Translations under genes and position numbers: made by a program
Notes under the pieces: generated by a model
Told to the model about the DNA's origin: nothing
Databases searched by the model: none
Seen by the model: only the letters and a program-made list of their open reading frames with translations
Shown here: in pieces, positions 35,155-43,328 of the stretch
Layout: the number at the start of each line of letters is the position of its first letter
Position numbering within the stretch: position 1 is the first letter of the stretch
Source of the DNA: an uncultured Solirubrobacterales bacterium
GTDB lineage: Bacteria; Actinomycetota; Thermoleophilia; Solirubrobacterales; Solirubrobacteraceae
DNA: 64,000 nt
Assembly: GCA_963818675.1 (NCBI GenBank)
Contig: CAWFTE010000002.1
Location: 1,518,361 to 1,582,360, forward strand
Direction: 5' to 3'

Positions 35155-37995
35155 TCATCGACGCCCACGGTCCACGGGGAAGTGCTTCGTAGTCAAGTGA
35201 AAAACGGGACTACTCGTAGCTCCCCGCTCCGGTTCCGTCTGAGCCAGCGCCAGCGCCACGGCGGCATCGAGACCCATCGAACCACCTCGCTCGCGGAGAC
35301 GCGCGAGACCATCACGCCCGAGGCTTCGCTCGAGCTCGCGGATGGTCTCTTCGAAGAACGGGACCTCATCGGGGTTTCGCTGCGCGCCGGCCCGCTCGCG
35401 TTCGGCATCGGCCGCCCCGATCAGCGCGCCGGCGACCGCGGGGTCGCCCGTTCCACCGGCGAACCGTGCGGTTACCTCCAGGCATTCGATGATGTGGAGG
35501 CGCTCGCCGAGCACGCTGGCCAGGTCGAGCCCCTCGCGGAGCAATGCTGGGATCCGCGGATCGTCTACCTGCTGACGCGCGAGCAGGCGAGCGAGAGTGA
35601 TCACGGTCGCCGCGATGTGCATGCGGTCACCCGCCGCGCGCGCGAGCTCGACGCTCTGCTCGAGCAGGGGCATCGCCTGGTCGAACTGTCGCATGAGCTC
35701 GTAAACGACAGCCAAGTTCTGGCACATCATGCTCTGGCCGCGTACACCGCCGAGCTCGCGCCAGATGTCGCCCGCCTCGCCGTACCTGTTCAGCGCAGTC
35801 GCGTAGTCCTCGGTGAACATCGCGATCACGCCGAGGTTCGCCAGGGCCCGTGCCATCTGCCGACGGTCCCCGCTCTCGCCGGCAAGCTCAAGCGATTGCT
35901 CGAACGCGGCCCGGGCGGCGAAGAAGTCTCCGGTCTCGCCAGCCAGGACGCCGGCAGCGTTGAGGGCGCTCGCCCGTAGTGACGTGTCGCCGCGGCCTGC
36001 CGCCAGGGCCTCGGTCAATGCGCCTCGAACATCCGCCGCGGCGCCGCGGGCCAACCAAAAGCGCCACAAGCCCCCCACCAGCCCGAGCGTGACCTCGGGC
36101 TGTCCGTGCTCGACCGCCCAGGCAGAAGCAGCGCGCAGGTTCTCCTGCTCGGCGTCGAGCCGCGCGAACCAGATCTCCTGCTGCGCGCCCTCGAGCTCCT
36201 CGGCCGCGGCGTTCGCCAGGCCGAGACACCACTCGGCGTGCCGGCGCCTGACGGCTTCCGCGTCGGGCAGTTCCTCGAGGCGTTCCGCCGCATAGTCGCG
36301 CACGGTCTCGAGCATCCCGAACCGGTCCCCGTCGCGGCTCACCAGGTAATGCTCGGCCAGCACAAACATCGGATCGAGCACGGGTCCGTCGGCTACTGCC
36401 TCAGCCGCGTCGAGCGAGCACCCCGAACGAAACACGCCGAGCTGCGCGAACAGACGCTGCTCGTCGGGACCCAGGAGATCGTGGCTCCAGGCGATCGTGG
36501 CCCGAAGGGTGCGGTGCCGTTCGGGAGCGTCGCGCCTGCCAATCGTGAGGAGGTCCAATCGGCGACCGATCCGCTCGAGAATCTCCTGGGGCCGCAACGA
36601 GCGCGCGCGCGCGGCGGCTAGCTCGATCGCCAGGGGAAGCCCGTCAATCCGCGTGCAGATCTCCTCGATGCACCGGACATCGCGGGCATCTGTCGAGAAG
36701 CGGGGGTCCTGATCCTTCGCGCGCTGAACAAAGAGCTCGACTGCTGCATCGCCGTGCAATGGCGGCAAGGGCAGCTCGTGCTCTCCCGCGATGCGAAGCG
36801 GCGCTCGGCTGGTCACGACAGCGGTCAGCGATGGGAGCGCGGCAAGCAGCGACGCCACGACCGAAGCCGCACCGATCACCTGCTCGAAGTTGTCCAGAAA
36901 CAGCACGATGGACTCCGAGCGCAGGGCCGCGACGACAGCGTCTTCGCTGGCTTCTCGCGCACCGATTGCCGCGGCTACCGACGGGAGGACGCGTGCGGCG
37001 TCGCGGGTCGCCGCCAGCGCGACAAGCCGACTCCGTTCTCCCATTTGTGTAGCGAGCTCGAGCGCGAGGCGCGTCTTGCCGATCCCGCCTGGTCCGGTGA
37101 GCGTCACGAGCCGCACATCGTCACGCGCGATCAGCGCGAGCGCCGCATCCAGCTCCCCGTCACGGCCCAGGATGGCCCGGGAGGCGTGCGGGATCGCTTC
37201 CGGGGCCGGATCGGCCGCTCGCGGACGCGAGACGGGTGCGACTACATCGAGGGCAGTGTCCTGCTCGAGGATCGCGTCCTGGAGGCGAACGAGCTCGGCC
37301 CCGGGTTCGATGCCAAGATCCTCTACCAGCAGGCTGCGTGCTCGGCGGAACGCGGCCAGGGCGTCCGCCTGGCGCCCGGCGCGGTACAAGGCGAGCATCA
37401 GCAATCCGTGCATCCGTTCCCGGTACGGATGGGTAGCGATCAAAGCCTGCAGCTCCGCCACCATCCCGGCCGCATCGCCCTGCGCCAGCTCGAGCTCGAT
37501 CCGCGTCTCCTGCGCGACAGCACGCAACTCCTCGAGTCGCTCGGCTTCTCCGGCGCCTGGGCCGAGCAGCGTCACGTCAGCGATCGCTGGTCCTCGCCAT
37601 AGGTCCAGCGCCTGCCGAAAGGCTCGTAGTGCTCCAGCCTGCTCGCCGGCCTCACGCAACCGCCGTCCCTGGATGAGCAGGGCTTGGAAGCGGTGAACGT
37701 CGATTGTCTCGGGATCGACCCGGATCGCGTACCCGGTGGGAACCGTGACGATGGGTTGTGCTCCGCCGCGCGTCAGGGCCCGGCGCAGCTTCGAGACGTG
37801 CATCTGGAGCGCCTTGTCGGCGTTGGCCGGCGGATCATCACCCCACAGGTCGTCGATCAAGCGCTCGGTGCGCACGGCACCGTGCGCCGCCTCCAGCAGA
37901 AGCACGGCAAGCACAGCGCGTTGCTTGGCCGCCCCGAGGATCACGTGCTCGTCCCCGACGCGGACCGACAGCGGGCCGAGCACGCCGAACTCCAT
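35155..37995 (-). CDS. AfsR/SARP-type regulator: OmpR-like wHTH + BTAD + NB-ARC/AAA P-loop + TPR repeats
   Basis: MEFGVLGPLSVRVGDEHV..., LWGDDPPANADKALQMHVSKLRRAL, BTAD segment ALDLWRGPAIADV, P-loop LTGPGGIGKTRLALELA, and a long helical-repeat C-terminus. Confidence 0.85.
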   Translation of the reverse strand: MEFGVLGPLSVRVGDEHVILGAAKQRAVLAVLLLEAAHGAVRTERLIDDLWGDDPPANADKALQMHVSKLRRALTRGGAQPIVTVPTGYAIRVDPETIDVHRFQALLIQGRRLREAGEQAGALRAFRQALDLWRGPAIADVTLLGPGAGEAERLEELRAVAQETRIELELAQGDAAGMVAELQALIATHPYRERMHGLLMLALYRAGRQADALAAFRRARSLLVEDLGIEPGAELVRLQDAILEQDTALDVVAPVSRPRAADPAPEAIPHASRAILGRDGELDAALALIARDDVRLVTLTGPGGIGKTRLALELATQMGERSRLVALAATRDAARVLPSVAAAIGAREASEDAVVAALRSESIVLFLDNFEQVIGAASVVASLLAALPSLTAVVTSRAPLRIAGEHELPLPPLHGDAAVELFVQRAKDQDPRFSTDARDVRCIEEICTRIDGLPLAIELAAARARSLRPQEILERIGRRLDLLTIGRRDAPERHRTLRATIAWSHDLLGPDEQRLFAQLGVFRSGCSLDAAEAVADGPVLDPMFVLAEHYLVSRDGDRFGMLETVRDYAAERLEELPDAEAVRRRHAEWCLGLANAAAEELEGAQQEIWFARLDAEQENLRAASAWAVEHGQPEVTLGLVGGLWRFWLARGAAADVRGALTEALAAGRGDTSLRASALNAAGVLAGETGDFFAARAAFEQSLELAGESGDRRQMARALANLGVIAMFTEDYATALNRYGEAGDIWRELGGVRGQSMMCQNLAVVYELMRQFDQAMPLLEQSVELARAAGDRMHIAATVITLARLLARQQVDDPRIPALLREGLDLASVLGERLHIIECLEVTARFAGGTGDPAVAGALIGAADAERERAGAQRNPDEVPFFEETIRELERSLGRDGLARLRERGGSMGLDAAVALALAQTEPERGATSSPVFHLTTKHFPVDRGRR

Positions 37996-38082
37996 ACTCG
38001 GGCCGGACGTTACCAAGGACCCATGGCCACGCGCGACGGGCCCTCGCCCCGCGCCGGCGGGCCCAGTGCGGAAGGTGCTGCG

Positions 38083-39306
38083 TCAGTCGCGGAGGGCCAG
38101 CGCCAGCTTCGTCGTCGTGCGCTCGCGGAGTGCGAGCCAGCCCACAGCCGACAGTCCGACGGTGCAAGCGCCGGCAGACACGAATACCACGCGAATGCCG
38201 AGCAGCGAGAGCAGCGCGCCGGTGCCCAGGAATGCCGCCACGAACGCCACGTTCTCGAGCACATCCTTGAAGCCGAACACGCGGCCCAGCAGGCGCTCGG
38301 CCACCAGCTCCTGGACCAGGCGCATCTCCGGACCGACGAGCAGGTTCTCGCCGGCGCCGATCAGCGCGAATGCCACCAGGGCACTGGCCAAGTTGGGCGC
38401 GAATGCTGCCGCGACCATCGCCGTGCCGGACACCAAGATTCCAAACAGCCAGTGCCGCCGTAGCCCGGCGACGTCCGAGCCGAGGCGCGCGTTGGCCCAG
38501 GACCCGGCGAGCATTCCGACTCCGTAGAGAATCATCAGGAGGCTGTAGCCGGTCCCGCCCGCGCGCAGAGGACCGATCGCAAGCAGCGGCGCCGCTACGT
38601 TGAACACGGCGCCGGTCAGCACGACGAGTGCTCCGAGGACCATCACCACCAGCACGTCGGGCATCCCGGCGAGCACGCGCGCTCCGGCGAGCGAGTGCGC
38701 CCATGGCGCCTCGGCATCGTCCGCCTGGCCGTCTTCGACCGCGTGCGGACCAAGGTCGATGCCCGCCATCACCGATGCCGAGACCAGAAAGCTCATGGCG
38801 TTGGCGATCAGCACCACGGGTGCCGTGGTTATGAGCAGCAGGCCCGCGCACAGGGCCGGCCCGAGCAGCAGTCCGATGTTGACGCACCCGTAGAACAGCG
38901 CGATCAGCTCTGAGCGCCGCGTGGCTTCGACCATGTCAGGCAGGCAGGCGTTGATCGCCGGACGGAACATCGCGCTGCCAACGCCGGCCAGCAATGCCAG
39001 CGCGACCGTGGCCGTGAACGAGGGGACCACGGCGAGCCCGGCAAAGCAGCAGGCACGCAGGAGGTCCGAGCAGATCACTATCTGCCTGCGCGAGCGCCGG
39101 TCTGCCAATGAGCCGAACAGCGGCGCGAGCACGATTCCCGGAACAAACTCGCCGAGCAGCACCAGCGAAATCCCCCATCCGGAATGCCATCGGTGGTAGG
39201 CGACCAGCAGCAGCGCCGTACACGCTGCCATGTTCCCGACCTGCGATTGCACGAAAGCGGCGAAGAACCGCCTCAGGACAGGGGCGTCCTTGAGGAGGGC
39301 GAGCAT
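38083..39306 (-). CDS. MFS transporter (EntS/MFS_3-like), paralog of 52365-53654
   Basis: 12-TM pattern. MLALLKDAPVLRRFFAAFVQSQVGN..., GSLADRRSRRQIV. Confidence 0.85.
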   Translation of the reverse strand: MLALLKDAPVLRRFFAAFVQSQVGNMAACTALLLVAYHRWHSGWGISLVLLGEFVPGIVLAPLFGSLADRRSRRQIVICSDLLRACCFAGLAVVPSFTATVALALLAGVGSAMFRPAINACLPDMVEATRRSELIALFYGCVNIGLLLGPALCAGLLLITTAPVVLIANAMSFLVSASVMAGIDLGPHAVEDGQADDAEAPWAHSLAGARVLAGMPDVLVVMVLGALVVLTGAVFNVAAPLLAIGPLRAGGTGYSLLMILYGVGMLAGSWANARLGSDVAGLRRHWLFGILVSGTAMVAAAFAPNLASALVAFALIGAGENLLVGPEMRLVQELVAERLLGRVFGFKDVLENVAFVAAFLGTGALLSLLGIRVVFVSAGACTVGLSAVGWLALRERTTTKLALALRD

Positions 39307-39332
39307 CGAATAGCGACCTCACGGAAGAGTGG

Positions 39333-39368
39333 ATGAGCACGGGACCGGATGTCCGGCCCCGTGCTCAT
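39333..39368 (-). promoter_or_regulatory. 17-bp-stem hairpin/palindrome in the MFS leader (AUGAGCACGGGGCCGGA-ca-UCCGGUCCCGUGCUCAU)
   Basis: Verified pair by pair. The single imperfect pair is a G-U wobble in the minus-strand RNA but an A-C mismatch on the plus strand, which favours a structure in the MFS mRNA leader. Confidence 0.5.
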
Positions 39369-39380
39369 GGGTCGGGGCAT

Positions 39381-39407
39381 TTACCAGCGAGCGCGCTCGA
39401 GCTCCAT
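39381..39407 (-). other. 8-codon upstream ORF MELERARW* with a strong SD (AAGGAGG, 6-nt spacer)
   Basis: Read directly. Its stop lies 12 nt upstream of the hairpin and 75 nt upstream of the MFS ATG. Confidence 0.3.
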
Positions 39408-39519
39408 CGCGAGCCTCCTTTCGCGTGGGCGCCGGCTCACCTGCGCCCCGTCGATCGTCAAAGTCATGGCTGGGAGACTGCCGATCGCCGCCCACCCGGG
39501 GGTAACGTCGCGGTAACGC

Positions 39520-42500
39520 TTAGAAGCTGACGACCGCGAACCGCGTCACGGTGGTGCGCGAATGCGTCAGCGCGGCAACGAGCGTCAACGCGATTCGAAC
39601 TCGAACCCGCCGACCGTGGCGCAGTGCTCTGACCGCCGCTTTGGTCGGCGAGACCGACAAGGAAAGCGTCGCTGCACCTGCGGAGGTGGCATGTGCGGTG
39701 CCAAATTTGATCATCCGCCCGCAAGCGCCCCGCAGGCGGCCGCAGATCGCGACGCTCGCCGTCACCGTCCCTCGCAGTGGGGATGTCACCCTCAACCGGA
39801 GCCTGTCTCGGCGTCCCTTCTGCGCGTGCAGGAGGGCGACGCCGACCTCCGCGAACGGCCTCTCACGCGCGGGGCGCCAGACCAGGCGCACGCCCTTCGC
39901 GGCGCCTCCCGAATGAACCAGGAGGTCCTGCTCGCCGAAGTCGGACAAAGCGAAGGTCGCGGTGCCCTTGCCGTTGGTGGTTGCGCGAAGTTCGTTGGTC
40001 CCGTTGAACAGGTCGACGACGGCCCGCGGAACCGCCCGGAATCGCCGGTCGACTGCCGTCACATAGACGTACTCGCGCGCGCCGCCCGTGCTTGGACGTG
40101 AGGCTCTGACACGCAGATGCGCGACGCGACCCCGCGACAGCACGGCCAAGGAGCTCGCCGGGAACGTGTCGCCGCTGCTCGTGCGAAGGATGATCGGGCC
40201 GCTCCGGGCCTTGGGGACGACGACGGTCACGGCGCCGTCTGACCAGGAGACCACGTGCGCCGCGACCGTGCCCGGTCCGCTGGCACCCGAGAAGGTCACA
40301 CCGCCCGGGCTCGGGCCCAGGCCATGTCCGTGGAGCGTGATGCGGCTACCCGGCGCCGCGGCATACAGGAGAGGTTCGATCGCAGGACCGGCTGGTCCGG
40401 CCACGCTGCGCTGAGGCGCTCTCACAGCCGCGCTCTCAGCCGGCGGAGCTCTTCGGCCGTCGCGCGCCGCCGAAGAGCGTGCCCCGTACCCCCGGCCCGA
40501 GCGCGCGTCGGTCCCCACGATCGCGCTCAGGTCCCCAGCCGTGATTCCGGCGATGTAGTCGACCGTCGGCTTGCAGATCCGGACGACCTCGTGGCTGGGA
40601 TCGCCGGAGTATTGGGTGCCCCGGCAAGGGCTGACGTAGCTGGGGCCGGCGACCGAGCAGGTGTCGCTCAAGCCTCCGCTGCAATTCATGAGCACCTGCG
40701 AGAGGAGCGCGTTCAGCGCAGCCTGCTGGTCGTTTGCGTTTGGATCGAAGTTGAGCGACCAGCGCATGTCGCCGAGCGCATAGGCGTAGTCGCCGATGGT
40801 CCCGACCGGCCGGAAAGAACCGTTACCGTCTTTACCGAGCTCGCCGGCGTCATTCGAGTCGAGGTTGTCCCAGAGGACTCCGTAGAAGTTGCGCACGACC
40901 GAGCCGAGATGGTTGTCCACGATGCTCTCGATCGACGTGTGGTCAAGCCCGTTGATCGGTGAGTCGAGCGTGAAGACGTGCCTCACGCCGTCGCGCTCGT
41001 TCTGGAAGGCCGTGTTCCAGTAATACTCGGCCGGAACTCCTCCGCCGCTGTCGGCGATGACGTCGATGGCGGCATCCGGCCAGCACGAGTGAATCGACTG
41101 CACCTCGCCCCAGAGATACCCAGCCTCGGTGTTCGGATCGGTGTTGCCTGGGTCGCGGCTCGACGAGTAGTTGACGTGGAACAGCGGCGCGGTGTTACCG
41201 CCCGGACACGACGAGAAGTATGCGCCGTGGTAGCTGTAGGGGAGCAGCACGGCGCCCTGTTTGGCGAGCGTATCGGTAAGGATCTCGCTGCCGAGTGAGG
41301 GCGGTGGATTGAGCGTCCCGTAATAGCCGCCCAGGACGCCCGATACCGAAGGTGGATACCGTCCATAGCTGGCGGCGTTGTACGGCGAGCAGTACGAATC
41401 GATTGCCGGATGAGCGGGCGAACCGCTGAAGCCGTAGTCGAGCGGATAGAAGTCGTCGTTAGGAGTGGACGTCTGAACGCCGTCGACGAAAACGGCGACC
41501 AACGCGGGCTCCAGCTTGCCACGAATCGGTCGCACCGGACAGCCGCCGGAGCATCCGTCGCCACTGTAGACATTGGCCGGAGGTGACTCGCCGCCGTTCA
41601 CACCCTGGTTGACGAGAACCTGTGCGTCGTTCCCATGGCAGCTGTAGAGATCGGTGCTGACCAAGTCGTTGTGGCCGTTGTTGTAGAAGTCACCTGTCGC
41701 GAGGTCGCCGGCAACGCCGCTGAGAAGGTACGGAGAGCCCGGCGCCTGACTGAAGCGGCCTGTCCCATCGCCCAAGAGAACTGAAACCGCATTGGGGGGC
41801 AGATCGCACGGGGGGTTGGCGCACCCGCCCTGCCAGTAGCCGCTCGCGGCCAGGTCGAGTTGGCCGTTGTTTCCGAAGTACCCGGTGACGAGGTGCGTGA
41901 CCTGGGTGCTCCTGCCGTCGGAGCGGGCTGGGAACGGGCTGCCGGGCGCCAGCGACAACCCCCCATGTCCATCACCCAAGAGCACTGAGATCTTGCCGTC
42001 CTCGTGGCCCACGGCCACATCGAAAATGCCGCCGGTTCGGAATTCTCCCGCCACGATCGAGAGCGCGTCGTAGAGACAGTTGCTGGTGCAGTACGTCGGA
42101 TCCCCATCGGACACCGGGGGGCCCGCCGGGGTGAAGTGCGCGCTGCCGTTGTTCCGGAGCACCGACACGGTGTCGTTGCAGCCGTCCGCGACCGCCAGGT
42201 CGGGTGCCTGAGCGAACTGGTCGAAGAAGCCGGCCGCAAGCGCGTCCGGACAGGCGCCGCTTGCGATGGGCGAACCGGGAGCCGGAGAAAAACGGCCGTT
42301 TCCGCTGCCGAGCAGCACGGCGGTGCCCGCGTCGGTGGTGGCCGCGATGTCAGGATGGCCGTCGTGGTTGAAGTCGGCTACCACGATGTCTCGCGGATGG
42401 GGACCGAGCGTCACCGGCGAGCCTGGCGCCTGGGTGAAGGTGCCATTCCCGTGCCCCAAAAGGACCGTCGCGGTGCCGCCGGTGTAGTCCGCGGCCACGA

Positions 42501-42843
42501 TGTCAAGCTTGTTGTCGCCGTTGAAATCACCCGTGGCGAGGGCGATCGGCCCAGCGCCGCCAGGGACCGGAGATCCGGGGGCCGGCGTGAAGTCCCCGTG
42601 GCCGTCGCCGAGCGAGATCGAGATCGTGTTGGCGCCAGTGCCCACCGCGAGGTCGGCGTTGTTGTCGCCGTTGAAGTCGCCGGCCACCATTCCACCCTGG
42701 CCAGCGTTCGGATAGGCCGGGACGCTTGGCCCCGGGATGAACAGCGGTGGGGTGCCGACCGCGGCGGTTGCAGCGGGAGCCGCCGCGGCGACGAATGCGG
42801 CCACCGCGACAGGAACGAGAAGTCGCAACAGCACCACCCTCAA
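39520..42843 (-). CDS. Giant secreted protein: FG-GAP/VCBS repeats - alpha/beta-hydrolase(lipase)-like region - IPT/TIG-like domain - C-terminal Cys-bracketed beta modules
   Basis: Repeats GDFNGDN..DL(A/V)V. ...IDVIADSGGGVPAEYY...VFTLDSPINGLD (A-x-S-x-G-like nucleophile elbow). IPT-like ...ITLHGHGLGPSPGGVTFSG...VVSWSDGAVTVVVP. Signal peptide LRVVLLRLLVPVAVAAFVAAAAPAATA. The start (TTG/GTG around 42832-42843) is uncertain; the ORF extension to 43194 is rejected. Confidence 0.8.
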   Translation of the reverse strand: MRVVLLRLLVPVAVAAFVAAAAPAATAAVGTPPLFIPGPSVPAYPNAGQGGMVAGDFNGDNNADLAVGTGANTISISLGDGHGDFTPAPGSPVPGGAGPIALATGDFNGDNKLDIVAADYTGGTATVLLGHGNGTFTQAPGSPVTLGPHPRDIVVADFNHDGHPDIAATTDAGTAVLLGSGNGRFSPAPGSPIASGACPDALAAGFFDQFAQAPDLAVADGCNDTVSVLRNNGSAHFTPAGPPVSDGDPTYCTSNCLYDALSIVAGEFRTGGIFDVAVGHEDGKISVLLGDGHGGLSLAPGSPFPARSDGRSTQVTHLVTGYFGNNGQLDLAASGYWQGGCANPPCDLPPNAVSVLLGDGTGRFSQAPGSPYLLSGVAGDLATGDFYNNGHNDLVSTDLYSCHGNDAQVLVNQGVNGGESPPANVYSGDGCSGGCPVRPIRGKLEPALVAVFVDGVQTSTPNDDFYPLDYGFSGSPAHPAIDSYCSPYNAASYGRYPPSVSGVLGGYYGTLNPPPSLGSEILTDTLAKQGAVLLPYSYHGAYFSSCPGGNTAPLFHVNYSSSRDPGNTDPNTEAGYLWGEVQSIHSCWPDAAIDVIADSGGGVPAEYYWNTAFQNERDGVRHVFTLDSPINGLDHTSIESIVDNHLGSVVRNFYGVLWDNLDSNDAGELGKDGNGSFRPVGTIGDYAYALGDMRWSLNFDPNANDQQAALNALLSQVLMNCSGGLSDTCSVAGPSYVSPCRGTQYSGDPSHEVVRICKPTVDYIAGITAGDLSAIVGTDARSGRGYGARSSAARDGRRAPPAESAAVRAPQRSVAGPAGPAIEPLLYAAAPGSRITLHGHGLGPSPGGVTFSGASGPGTVAAHVVSWSDGAVTVVVPKARSGPIILRTSSGDTFPASSLAVLSRGRVAHLRVRASRPSTGGAREYVYVTAVDRRFRAVPRAVVDLFNGTNELRATTNGKGTATFALSDFGEQDLLVHSGGAAKGVRLVWRPARERPFAEVGVALLHAQKGRRDRLRLRVTSPLRGTVTASVAICGRLRGACGRMIKFGTAHATSAGAATLSLSVSPTKAAVRALRHGRRVRVRIALTLVAALTHSRTTVTRFAVVSF

Positions 42844-43018
42844 TGTGCGCCGCAGCGTACCCGCCGACGCGAGATTGCATGCGTCCTTTTTCCGGCGCGC
42901 TGAGCTGGCGGACTGACCTGCCGTGGACCCCGCGAGAAAGCGCCCGACCGCCCGGTCCGGGTTGACCGCATCGTGGACCGACACGATCTTTAAGCGGACA
43001 GCCGGCGCCTGTCGGCGC

Positions 43019-43255
43019 CTACGTGCCGGCGATCGCGGCGAGGACGCAGAATGCGCCCATCCCGAGCAAGGCGGCCCCGGCGACCGGCTCCGAGGAGCGC
43101 CACGCACTCGGGAAGAGGTCGTCGAGCTTGCGCCAGGCAACGGCCGCGAGCGTTCGCTCGCCGAGGAGGAGGTGTCCCCAGGCGGCCACGGCAAGCCCGC
43201 AGAGAATCAGAACTTCACGAAGGCCCATATCCCCGTTAACGGCCGGCGCGGCCAC
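43019..43255 (-). CDS. Small two-TM membrane protein (69-78 aa)
   Basis: High GC3, hydrophobic segments VLILCGLAVAAWGHLLL and AGAALLGMGAFCVLAAIAG. Alternative start ATG 43228. Confidence 0.45.
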   Translation of the reverse strand: MAAPAVNGDMGLREVLILCGLAVAAWGHLLLGERTLAAVAWRKLDDLFPSAWRSSEPVAGAALLGMGAFCVLAAIAGT

Positions 43256-43328
43256 CGCTTGACGCCGGTCGCAGACGAATTTCCAGAGGAGGGTCTCACC
43301 ACCTCGGCGTCCTCAGCCGATAAGGGAG

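Noticed and set aside
42844-43194. N-terminal extensions of several longest ORFs (39520-43194, 24172-26355, 47178-48665, 55485-56852, 61514-62893, 17593-19029)
   Set aside because: The extensions are Arg-rich and overlap better-supported neighbours. They precede internal starts that give clean signal peptides, lipoboxes or alignment with paralogs, so shorter gene models were used.
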